A stretch of 64,000 nucleotides of DNA from Eledone cirrhosa (lineage: Eukaryota): positions 78,306,001 to 78,370,000 of the forward strand of contig OZ024744.1 of NCBI GenBank assembly GCA_964016885.1. The letters are read 5' to 3'. Below, in pieces: positions 1-10,955 of the stretch (positions within the stretch are counted from its first letter, which is position 1; every line of letters starts with the position of its first letter). Position numbers and translations under genes: made by a program. Below the pieces are notes generated by a model. It did not search any database, had not been told where the DNA came from, and saw only the letters and a list, made by a program, of their open reading frames with translations.

Positions 1-240
1 TGTCTGGGAGGAGATACAATGGCCATCCCAAGCTGTGCTGCTGGGATGTCTACATGAGAGACATGGAATATGCTTAGTATAATATGGAATACTGGGAGAG
101 CCTTGCAGATGACTGGGTGAGATGAAGGGATATCTTGAACTGCTACTTGTAGATAGGAGAAGAGATTCTAATGGATGCTAAGTGAAAAAGTGGGCCTACA
201 GACAGGAGTACAGCAGTATCAACAGACTATTGGAGTTTAA
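1..240 (+). mobile_element. Decayed 3' end of an RTE/BovB-like LINE ORF
   Basis: Broken translation GHPKLCCWDVYMRDM...WESLADDWVR*RDIL...GEE resembles the RTE C-terminal pattern GRPRLRFKDVCKRDM...WE.LA.DR..WR. Confidence 0.55.
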
Positions 241-778
241 ATGTGTGTATGTATTGATGTGGAAGTTATAAGGTGTTGAAACAAGGATAAACACATAAAA
301 AACATATCAATACTTCATTTACATTGTAAACATGTATCACTTCATTACATTAGTATGATTTCTTCACTTCTAATTGTAATTTCAATGGTTCATGTTATAG
401 AATATTCATACACAATACACATAGTTGAGTGTGTGCAATCAGTTTCTTTTTTCAAAGATGATAGGGCACTCAGTGCATAATTTGCCATCTGAATTTCTCT
501 GTATCTATATACTAGTAAGGAGCTAAGCTTGACTGATTCTGAACAATGAAGTGGTCTCTCCTTAGCCAATACAGCTGTTGTTTACTTCAAGCAAAACATG
601 TTATTTTCCATCATAGTTCAGTGGCTGACATCATAAGCCTCTATCTTATCTTTGAGTGTAACAATAGAACAATAAAATAAAGGTTCTGGTTTTATTACAG
701 CCATAACAGTACCAATGACCAATAAACACATATAGATGTGACATCTACAACAGAGACTGTCACTCCAACATTGGTCTT

Positions 779-996
779 TTAACCCTTTAACATTGACATT
801 ACTCTATATTTACTATTGTATTTCACAGTAAAGGCTTTATCTTACATAATTATTTTACATAATATTGAATCTATGAGATTTTGATATTATTTATTTTGAG
901 AGCAACCCCTTAACATCAGTATGAGTGGCTGGCTTGAACAGAAAGAGATGAGAGAATTCTGGCTGGATACAGTTGGTTTAAATGCTAAAGGGTTAA
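779..996. mobile_element. piggyBac-type MITE, ~210 bp (family MITE-1)
   Basis: TTAA at 779-782 and 993-996 flank TIRs CCCTTTA(A/G)CATT...AATGCTAAAGGG. Other full or partial copies lie at about 2898-2987, 11888-12103, 12654-12857, 13117-13682, 15360-15570, 16373-16510, 30443-30636, 30815-30987, 34140-34270, 40870-41044 and 42848-43000. Confidence 0.85.
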
Positions 997-1080
997 TCCA
1001 TAGCAGAACTAAACACAAACTAAATATAAGATGATAAAGATTCAAATAGTTAATATGGAAGAGCTATATACAAGTCCATG

Positions 1081-1393
1081 GAAAGCTGGTAGTAAGCCCA
1101 GGCCAGATGTAAAATTTAGGTCTCCAAAACTGATAATAAGCTCAAGCCAGATATGGAATGTAGGATACCAAAGCTAGTAATGTGCATGGGCTAAATGTGG
1201 CGTCTCTCCTCCCTCAAAGCTGTTAATAGGCCAAAATTAGATGTAGAATTTAAGTCTCCAAAAACTGTCAATGAGCCCAGGCCGTGTAAAATATAGGAAG
1301 CACATAAAGCTGGTAATAAGTACAGGCCAGATGTAAAATATCTCCCTCCTCCAAGCTGGTAATAGGTGCAGGCCAAATGTAAAATGTAGTCCC
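1081..1393. repeat. Degenerate ~44-46 bp minisatellite, 7 units
   Basis: Unit approximately AAAGCTGGTAATAAGCCCAGGCCAGATGTAAAAT..., starting at about 1082, 1125, 1170, 1216, 1261, 1306 and 1353. Confidence 0.8.
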
Positions 1394-1429
1394 CATTTCA
1401 AACAGCTCATTGAATATTTTAGTCACCAG

Positions 1430-1625
1430 TATGTGACCTGTGGTAAAAGTCTTGGATTTACTATCATAATGTTGAGGGTTCAATTCCTGGCCCATTGCTC
1501 CTGAGGGTTAACTTTGTGATGGACTGGTATCTGGTCCAGTGGGGTGTCTTGTGCTCTCAGTCACTTCATGTCACAGAAACCAAGATAAGTACCAGTCTGA
1601 TAAACCCCTGAGTTAAAGACAGATA
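1430..1625 (+). mobile_element. Old tRNA-derived SINE with a V-domain-like core
   Basis: B-box GGTTCAATTCC at about 1477, followed by TGTGATGGGACTGGTATCTGGTCCAGTGGG...GTCACTTCATGTCACAGAAACCAAGATAAG, which resembles V-SINE-type central domains. Confidence 0.45.
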
Positions 1626-1964
1626 ACAAGTACTAAATACATATTATTTGTTTATGGGTTACAAGTGTACACATATATATGTAGTGTGTATGATGTAATG
1701 ATGTACTTATGAGTAACAGAACACAATAAAAAAAAAAAGCAATATAACTACTAATGCATTGAGTAACTTTTTTGAAAGTAGTCCCCACTCAATTCTTCAA
1801 CTAGAAGAATCCTGTAATGTAGATTTAACCGTTTTGATACTAGATCATCTAAATCCACCATGGATTTATGATACAATGCTCATTTTAAAATGTATGTCCT
1901 TCTATCATAATTTCATTTTATAAGTAATGTTATATTCAAAATTAATTGAAACTATATATTGTAA

Positions 1965-2362
1965 TGTCATCGTGTAGGAATTACAACAAAAAGCACCCAG
2001 CCCACACTGTAAGATGGTTCTGTAGGTGTCATGACAAAAAGCACCCAGCCCGCACTGTAAAGTGGTCGTATAGGTGTCACAACAAAAAGCACCCAGCCCA
2101 CATTGTAAAGTGGTCGTGTAGGAATTACAACAAAAAGCACCCAGCCCACACTGTAAAGTGGTTGTCTAGGTGTCATGACAAAATGCACCCAGTACACACT
2201 GTAAATGTGGTTGGCGTTAGGAAAGGCATCCAGACGTAGGAAGCTGGCTAGAAACAGTTCTATATAAGCAAGACACGGTCACCTGACCCAACTTGCCTCT
2301 AATGGGACAACCTGTCTAACCCATGCTAGTGTGGAAAATGGACTTTAAACGATGATGATGAT
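1965..2362 (+). mobile_element. LINE/SINE 3' module with a 48-bp tandem expansion and (GAT)n tail
   Basis: Five 48-bp units (AAAAAGCACCCAGCCCACACTGTAAAGTGG...), then the common tail TTAGGAAAGGCATCCAG...CCATGCTAG.GTGGAAAATGGAC...GATGATGAT. Confidence 0.8.
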
Positions 2363-2617
2363 ACAGTGGAACCTTGCTTCATGAACTTAATTCATTCTTG
2401 AAGTCTGTTTGTCACCCAAAATGTTCGTAAACCGAAACTATTTTTCCTCTACAAAATGTTGAGAGAGAAATACAGTGAGAGAGAGACTGTATGTGAAAGA
2501 CAGATATCACCATAGTAACTAACTACACAGTAAGTGATGCTTTCCCATCGATACTCCCAGCTTGTCACTAACTTACATATTTGTTATTTGAGACACCATT
2601 TATGAACCGATACGTTT

Positions 2618-4270
2618 TATCATCACCATCATCATCGTTTTTCCGTGCTTGCATGGGTTGGACAGGTCCTTTTCAGCACAGCATCTCTCCACATTTCTTC
2701 ATCCTCTCCTCTGTGAGTCTCAGCGATTTGCGATCAGCTCTCACAATCTCTACCCAGGTTTTTCTTGGTCCACTGCTACTACGGCTTCCATCCACTAGCA
2801 TTTCCTGACACCTCTTCATCCATTGATCATCATCCATGTGCATCACATGTTCATACCAATGCAACCTTCTCTCTTGCAACACCACCTCAGATTCCTCTTA
2901 ACTCTAGAGCCGGTTATGGCCAGTTTGAACAGAAAGAGGTGACAAAATTCTGACCAGATATGGCTGGTATAAATGCTAAAGGGTTAAACCCAGCTTCTAC
3001 CTCAATTCATCTAATCTCTGCCATTCTTTCACATTTACGATGCACATCCAACAAACCATAGTTGCTTCATTTCTCTTCTTAGTGAGGCAATTACAAGACA
3101 AGTTCCTAGCTACGAATAAATCACTATAATTAGCTTGTGTTGATCTAGAGAAGGCCTTTGACAGAGTACCCCTATCTATTATCTAGTGGTCCTTGAGGAA
3201 ATTAAGTGTAGAAGAATGGCTTGTAAGAGCAGTGTAAGCCATGTACAGAGGAACTATCAGTGATGTGTGAGTGTAGGAAGTGAGTTTAGAAAGTAATTCA
3301 AGGTACAGGTAGGAATTCACCAAGGTTCAGTTCTTAGCACACCGTGTTCATCATAGTTCTCCAGGGCATAACAGAGGAGTTTAAAACTGGCTGTCCATGA
3401 GAACTTCTGTATGCAGATGATTTGATCCTTATAGCCGAATCCTCAAAGGAACTAGAAAATAAGATCCGACTATGGAAACAAAATGTCTGAGAGTAAACCT
3501 GGCCAAAACTAAAGTACTAGTAAGTAGGAAAGAAGATAAGACCCTGATCCCTTCAGGGAAGTGGCCCTGCTCCATATGTAGAAAAGGAGTAGGTATAAAC
3601 TTCATATAATGTGTACACAAGAGATGTTGTGAGATAATGGGTAGACTAACAAGAAGGGAAGACTTTGTTTGTAGAAGATGCACAGCAGGAGTAATCAAAG
3701 GGAAGAGCAACAGAGATATAAAACTCTTCAAGTCACAAGAGGGGACCATAGAAATTTGTGTTGCAAATGGTTAGTTCATTCACATCACAGAATTCCAGGA
3801 GCCTCAATCCCTCATTTCTTGAGCCAAAACCATAGCCACTATGAACTCCACAAAATCCTCTCCATGTGTCTCTTGAAGTCATCTGTAAAAGTTCCTCATA
3901 AAAACCATCCTTTTGGTCTTTATTTAGTCCTGCTTGTGGAACATAGGTAGATGTAATTGTCACCATTCTATTTCCTACAGCTATTCTGAGTCTCATGATT
4001 CTGTCACTTACTCTAACTACTTCTTTTACCTTATCTATCCATTTCTCAGCTAGTAAGATGCCTACACCTCCTACTCCATCATCATTACTTACTCAGTAGA
4101 GTTTGTATCTCTGTTGTTTGCCTGTGATTAGTCCCACAGTCATACTCCTCCATCTTACTTTTGTACACAACATACATCTACTTCTCTTCTTTCTAACAGT
4201 TCCACAATTTCACCTGATTTACCTTTCCGGGTGCCAACATTGAGGGTGGCAGTCCTGAGATTTGTATCTT
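2618..4270. mobile_element. Rearranged RTE LINE: 3' end on - (2618-3060), RT on + (3080-3770), endonuclease on - (3770-4270)
   Basis: RRLHWYEHVM...GPRKTW on -. VDLEKAFDRVP, GIHQGSVLS and LLYADDL on +. LRTATLNVGT...VDVCCVQ and STYVPQAG on -. A MITE-1 fragment sits at about 2898-2987. Confidence 0.8.
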
Positions 4271-4589
4271 GACAGTAGATGTTATTTCCTTGGGTTGAGG
4301 TTCTATGTACCTGAAAGAGAAAAAGGCTGTGCAATTGCTTGATGATGGCTGAGGGGTCTTCACACAGAGCTACGCTAGCCGCCCTACTACCGTGTGCAGC
4401 ACTAATATGACTAGTGTTAATCCTGTATATACAATTAGTGAAAATCAAATGTGTGCTTGTCATATTTTGGCAGGGTTTTTCTGATTGGATTCCCTTTCTA
4501 TCACCAACCACTTTACAGCATGGACCGAATGCATTATTCGTGTCACCACCACTAGGGGGTAGTATTACTGGACTCAAGAGTCCTCTCTA

Positions 4590-4820
4590 CCCTATATCAG
4601 TTTTTATTGGAGTGTCTACTCTCCTAGATAGGTTGTCACCTCAGCTTATGGAGCCCTACATCTGCCCTGTCTAGTCCTTATTTATCAGAAACACTGCCAT
4701 CCTAGATGAGTTGCCTTTACTATTGCTTATGGAGTTCAAGTCTGCCTTATACAGTTATTTTTACTTGGATTCACTGTCCTCCTACATGGGTTACCTTCAC
4801 TATGGCTTATGGAGTCCATA
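4590..4820. repeat. ~75 bp degenerate tandem repeat, 3 units
   Basis: Recurring CCTA(G/C)ATG.GTT...GCTTATGGAG. It may be a LINE 5' UTR repeat. Confidence 0.55.
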
Positions 4821-5856
4821 TATACCATAACAGAGGTCTGACAAGCTTTTGATTCCAGAGTCGGGCTAGATGGATACAGCTTGAACCCTGACCTAATCAA
4901 TAGCAAAACACGCATTACTACTCAATAAACGTAACAAATCGTCCTTTTATTACTATAATTACACTCCGCTTAGTTCTACACCTCTTTCCCCGACTGGAAA
5001 CGATGCATCGAGTGCTCACTTGGGCAAACCTAGAGTAACTGCATGTTACATTCCCTATACATATATATATGTGTGTGTGTGTTATGTATTTCCATAGAAA
5101 AGGTAATGGAATAATTATATTGTGTTGTTTAAGGCTGACATCCGTATGTATGTAACAAACGGCTGGACCAAACAGCATCACATTTGCACCATAGATGTAA
5201 CTTTTTCCAAGTAAGAAAGTGAGGGTATTTTTGTCTACTAAATTTAGTTAAAAGATTAAAAATATTTTATTGTTTATTTAAATATTCACTTCTTTAAAAT
5301 TTTCAGATGTCAACACTTCCGGTTAGAGATCTCTCTCTTTCTAAGACTGTCTTTTTAGATAGATACATAGCTATAACGTCGCGCCCTTATAATATCTGTC
5401 TCTGTCTGGCTGTCTGCATTACGAAAACCATTCTGTACATTGGTTTCACTATCTGTGTGCGTGTGTGTATATGTATATATATAGTGTGTGTATATATATA
5501 GTGTATATATATATATATATATATATGGAGAATAGAAATGGCTGTGTAGTTGCTATTTAAAGTGACTTAAAATGCAATGGAAATACGAAGAAGGCAAGAA
5601 CAGGGAGGGGGAGTTTTCCTCATCAGTTGTCTACTGGGGGTCTAGGATATTTCTACTCTTTAAAGACAAGATACCACTTCACCCAAGGGCGTCAATAACT
5701 GGAAAAGTTATTGGGAAAACGAAGGAAGGAGGGAAGGAAAGCAAAGGGAAAGAAAAGAGAAACAGTAACAAAACAGCGAAAAAAAACACAAACCGAGCAA
5801 TGTGCGAGCAACTATAGGTATATATATATATATATATATATACCTATAGTTACTCG

Positions 5857-5919
<63 letters not shown>

Positions 5920-6975
5920 TTAGTATCATACATACGAGACAGTTTAATTTGTACATTTTATTACAGCATTCCTTTATATGTATATATATACATACATAGA
6001 CATGTTATTTACAGTTGTATAAAAAAGAAGTATAATTGTTTCTACTTTTGGCACAAGGCCAGCAATTATCTCAGAACATTACTGGTACTTTATTATATAT
6101 AATATATCATAAAGTTGACAGCCGTATGTAACAAACTTTTTGCCAAACGGCTGGACCAAACACCACATTCCTCTCTCTTTCTTACTCTGTCTTTTTAGAT
6201 AGATACATAGCTATAACTGTACTATACTATATATTTTCAACAATAATACTATATTATACTATATATTTTAAACAGTAATACTATACTACACAGACGGCTT
6301 ATCGTCTGTTTATCCAAGCAAAGCTAGGTACGTCAGCTATATATATATATATATGGATGCCGTAGAACACGTCAATGGTAGCTGGGCGGCAGCTGGATGG
6401 GCCAGCTAGTAATATATATAATACAACATTCCTCTCTCTTTTTCTTACTCTGTCTTTTTAGATAGATACATAGCTATAACGTCGCATGCTTATAATATCT
6501 GTCTGTATGTTTGCCTGTCTGCATTGACTTCGCTTCTAATCAACGTTTAATTAATCATATATATATATATAATTATATATTCGTGTACATATTTTCAACA
6601 GTAATACTGTACTATATATTTTCAACAGTAATACTATACTATATATTAGATAGATACATACGACGTCGCGCCCTTATAATATGTCTCTGTATGTCTGGCT
6701 GTCTGTCTGCATTAGATAACGTTTTTCGAAATATTTACTTCTGTGTTCACATATTGATTTATTTAGTTTCAGAAGATCCTGTTAAGGGTGGAAGCAGCGA
6801 TTCTTTGATTAAACTTTAATCTGTTATTTTAATATCTCAGAATATCCCGTTAAGGGTGAAAGCAGCGATTCTTTGCTTAAGCTTTAATCCGTTATTTTAA
6901 TATATATATTCGTGTACAGATATTTTTTGCATACACAAAAACAAAAACCTATTTATTTCACGAAAGCACGGATAC

Positions 6976-7382
6976 ATGCCCACATTTAAAGTACAGGGCC
7001 AAGTGTACCACATGATTGGAAGTCTCCTACCTCTGACCGACGAAGACCATAAGTTTTTGCAAATCTACTTCATTGGAGATGCAGATTCACAAGCGATACG
7101 TCGCCATTGGGCCATCCCAGGAACCAGACTTGAAATCATTCGCCAGCTACAGGACATGTTAAGCGACTTCAGTTTCCAATAAGACTAAGCTTCGCGATTA
7201 CCATCAACAAAGCTCAGGGTCAAACCCTAAAAGTGGCTGGCCTTCATCTGGGAAAACCATGCTTCTCCCATGGTCAATTGTATGTAGGATGCTCTAGGGT
7301 GAGCTCGCCAAACGATCTCTTCATCTTTGCTCCAGAGGCCCGAACAAAAAATATTATATACTCTGAGGCTCTAACCATGTAA
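6976..7382 (+). pseudogene. Internally deleted Helitron RepHel: N-terminal Rep-region segment fused out of frame to the PIF1-like helicase C-terminus
   Basis: MPTFKVQGQVYHMIGSLLP...KFLQIYF from 6976. Then KRLQFPIRLSFAITINKAQGQTLKVAGLHLGKPCFSHGQLYVGCSRV...TKNIIYSEAL* at 7161-7382. Confidence 0.9.
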
Positions 7383-7651
7383 TTTATGTATTTTCTGTTA
7401 CTTGGAATTTCCATTATGGTTGTACAAATTATTGTTTGTTAAAAAATTTGTTCTCTGGTCAGCCTTTATTGTTGTAATTATCAATTTTCTTTACCGTACT
7501 GGCTGCTGAACTGGGGAATCCTAAAAACTATTCAAACCCAACATCAGAGCACATTAACCCCCCCCCCCCACACACACACACACACCTCGCTGGTATACCT
7601 AGCCGGCCGAGCCAGCTAGTACTATATATTTTCAACAGTAATACTATACTA

Positions 7652-8586
7652 TCTATAATATTATAAAGCTGAGTGTCGTGTGTATGTATTATGTATGTAT
7701 CCTACACACCTCCCTATAGTTTCTTAGCTTTACTGTCTCCGTCGCTCTTCCCTCTCTCTATAATAGATCATTCCCCCTCTCTATAATTTAACTGCTTTAC
7801 TCTCTCTGTCGCTCTTCACTCTCAAATATTATAAAGTTGAGCGTCGTCTCTCTCTCTCTCGTTCTCCCTCTTTCACCCTCTCTATAATTTAACTGCTTTA
7901 CTCTCTGTCTCTCTTCACTCTCTATATGACAACACTCTTTCACTTTCCGTTTTAATTGTATTTCTCTCTGTCTAACGGCCTTCTCTCTCTTTTCCCCTCC
8001 CTCTGTTTTTCTGTCGTCGCTCACATAACACACACACACACACACACACAGAAATACACATACTTTCTGTCGCCGCTCGCATAAGTAACACACACACACA
8101 TAATATAACATTAAAATAAAACACACAGACACACACATGCACATACACAAACACACATACACATACACACACACACACATATCTATACTTTATATGTATG
8201 TGTGTATGTAAGATCATTCCCCCTCTCTATAATTTAACTGCTTTACTCCCTCTGTCACTCTTCACTCTCTATATGACAACACTGTTTTAGTTTCCGTATC
8301 TCCCTTCAATATATACACATAGAGAGAGAGAAAGAGAGAGAGATTTAGAGAGAGAGATTTAGAGAAAGATTAGGAAAACTACACACACACATCTACAGAG
8401 AGAGACAGAAAAACAGAGGGAGGGGGAAAGAGCGAGATACAATTAAAGTGTTAGTTATTCAGAGAGAGAGAGAGAGAGAGAGAGAGTCGGAAGGACAATA
8501 TGACACGGGAGGGTGTGTAGTATCTTTGCAGTGGAGTGGTGGGGGCAGGTATACCTAGCCGGGCGCCAGCCGGACGGGCCAGCTAG
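7652..8586 (+). mobile_element. Complete non-autonomous Helitron
   Basis: 5' end TCTATAATATTATAAAGCTG, 3' end GCCGGGCGCCAGCCGGACGGGCCAGCTAG. It is inserted between A and T with no TSD, interrupting a CAGTAATACTATACTA repeat. Confidence 0.8.
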
Positions 8587-8822
8587 TACTATATATTTCC
8601 AACAGTAATACTATACTATATATTTTCAACAGTAATACTATACTATACTATATGTTTTCCACAGTCAATCTATACTATATATTTTCAACAGTAATACTAT
8701 ACTATACTATATGTTTTCCACAGTCAATCTATACTATATATTTTCAACAGTAATACTATACTATACTATATGTTTTCCACAGTCAATCTATACTATATAT
8801 TTTCAACAGTAATACTATACTA
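8587..8822. repeat. ~59 bp Helitron-associated tandem repeat
   Basis: CAGTAATACTATACTATACTATATGTTTTCCACAGTCAATCTATACTATATATTTTCAA repeated about 3-4 times. Confidence 0.85.
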
Positions 8823-9374
8823 CACAGACGGCTTATTGTCTGTTTATCCAAGCGAAGCTAGGTACGTCAGCTATATATATATATATATGGATGCCGTAGA
8901 ACACACCAATGGTAGTTGGGCGCCAGCCGGACGGGCCAGCTAGCATATATATATGAAAAAAATATCGTTCTTTACAAAAACAATCGCGAGTTGTTGGTCT
9001 GTATGGTGAAACATTCTGTTGAAGTATTATAAATAATTGATTTTGATCAGTTCCTGTATGAGCAAGGCATGGTCAGCCGACCAGACACTGCCCACAACAG
9101 GACAACCCGTCTAACCCATGCTAGCGTGGAAGAACGGACGTAAAACGGTGAAAAAAAAAAAAAAAGTCCCAATATGAGATGAAACAATCGTAAATCATTA
9201 CAGGGTCGATAAAATAAAGTACCAGTAATGCACTGGGTAATTGCTGGCCTTGTGCCTAAAGTAGAAACAATTATTTAATGTAAAACCGTATTTGGTAATT
9301 ACTTTAGTGTATACATATATATATATATATATATAACATATATAAAATGGTATGTACAGAACAATAAAGATTTC

Positions 9375-10955
9375 ATCATCATCGTTTAACGTCTATCTTC
9401 CACGCTAGCATGGGTTTAGACGGGAATTGTCCCACTTAAGACAAGATTGGTCGTCTCGCTCGTATGGGACTGTCTGGCAGATTTTCTATGGCTGGATGCC
9501 CTTCCTAACACCAACCACGTTTACAGTGTGGACTGGGAGGTTTTTACCGTGTTACCTACATGGCCACATTACAGCGTGGACTGTGTTTTTTTGTCGTGAC
9601 ACCTACACAACCTCATTTATTTAGGACTGGATGTTGTGGTACCAACATAACTTTACAGAGAAAGGGGTGGTATTGATAGGGGTGGGGATGGGGTAGTGGG
9701 ATGGGTGTGTATATTTGATTAAGAGGTGCCTACTGACTGTAGGTTTCGCTTTGTACTTAGGCAAGGAAGGTTTTCTGTATTACTGCGTAGCGCCAAAGAT
9801 CTCGGTCCAGTGACATTGTCTTAGAGAGGTGTAAGTGTGTAAGGTCGGATTTTATCAAATCGTCCCAGATTTTTCTGGGTCTGCCTACTCTGTAACTTCC
9901 GTCAATTTTGATTGCCCTGCACTTTTTTATACAGCTGTCGTCTTTCATGCGCATCACATGACCATACCAACGTAGTCTTCTCTCGAGTAAACACCATCTG
10001 ATTCCTCTTATACCTAATTTCTCACTTAGTTCATTCTTACTTTACTGTTCACGTATATTACTATTACACATCCAGCGGAGCATGCATGCTTTGTTCCTCT
10101 CCAGTCTGCGCAGATCCTCTGCACACACTGCCCATGTCTCACTGCCATGTAACATAGCTGTACGTGTGCAGGCATCATACAGTCTGCCTTTCATTTTTAG
10201 AGAGAAACCTTTAGTGGCCAATAGTGGTATAAGCTCTCTGAACTTTTTCCATCCCGTTCTGACTCTGGCTACTGTACTTTCTGAGCACCCTCCCCCACTG
10301 CTGATTTTGTCACCCAGGTAATGGAAGGTGTTCACTATTTCTATAGAGCCATCTGGGCAATAGAAGAAGCTAGTATCCTGTGGGCGCTTGCTACTTATTG
10401 CACCTGAGCACCGGCCACATATAAAATCTACGTTCTTAGATAGCTTACCTGTCATCCCACTACATCTTTTATACACCCATACTTTGCATTTGGGAAATAA
10501 AATGGAATTTCTGCCTACTCCTTTCCTACACACTGAGCATGGCCATTTCCCAGAAGGGACCTGTGCCCTATTTTCCTTCCTACAATCTAGAACTTTAGTC
10601 TTAGACAAGTTAACTTTAAGGCCTTTTGATTCTAGGCCTTGCTTCCATGTTTGGAATTTCTTCTCTAGTTCAGCCATCGATTCAGCTATGAGCGTTAGAT
10701 CATCTGCATAGAGAAGTTCCCATGGGCAGCTGGTCTTGAACTCTTCTGTTATAGCCTGAAGGGCAATAATAAATAGGAGGAGGCTAAGGACAGAGCCCTG
10801 ATGAACACCAACTTTTACGCTAAATTCTTCACTATATTCGTTGTTAATTCTAACCTTGCTGACTGTTTCTTTATACATGGCTTGTATAGCTCTCACAAGC
10901 CATTCATCTGCTGTTAGTTTTCTAAGGGCCACCAGATAATGCCGCGGGGGGACAA
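9375..10955 (-). mobile_element. 5'-truncated RTE LINE (RT, PHD-like insert, C-terminus, 3' UTR, (GAT)n tail)
   Basis: ORF 10042-10932 with GVHQGSVLS, LLYADDL, GLKVNLSKTK, FHYLG and MLHGSETW. GRPRKIW lies in ORF 9757-9957. Confidence 0.95.

Larger units (their letters stand above)
5130..8944 (+). mobile_element. Nested Helitron cluster
   Basis: Several GC-hairpin + CTAG 3' ends (about 6409, 7619, 8586, 8943), repeated 5' segments (AAACGGCTGGACCAA at about 5157 and 6145), duplicated blocks (6230-6410 vs 8790-8944) and a Rep/Hel coding remnant. Confidence 0.8.

Noticed and set aside
1946-2239. ORF with 16-aa Cys/His repeats
   Set aside because: It is a by-product of a 48-bp tandem repeat in a retroposon tail, and it is open on both strands.
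10082-10711. Plus-strand ORFs over the LINE (also 58077-58436)
   Set aside because: They are antisense shadows of the RT ORF.
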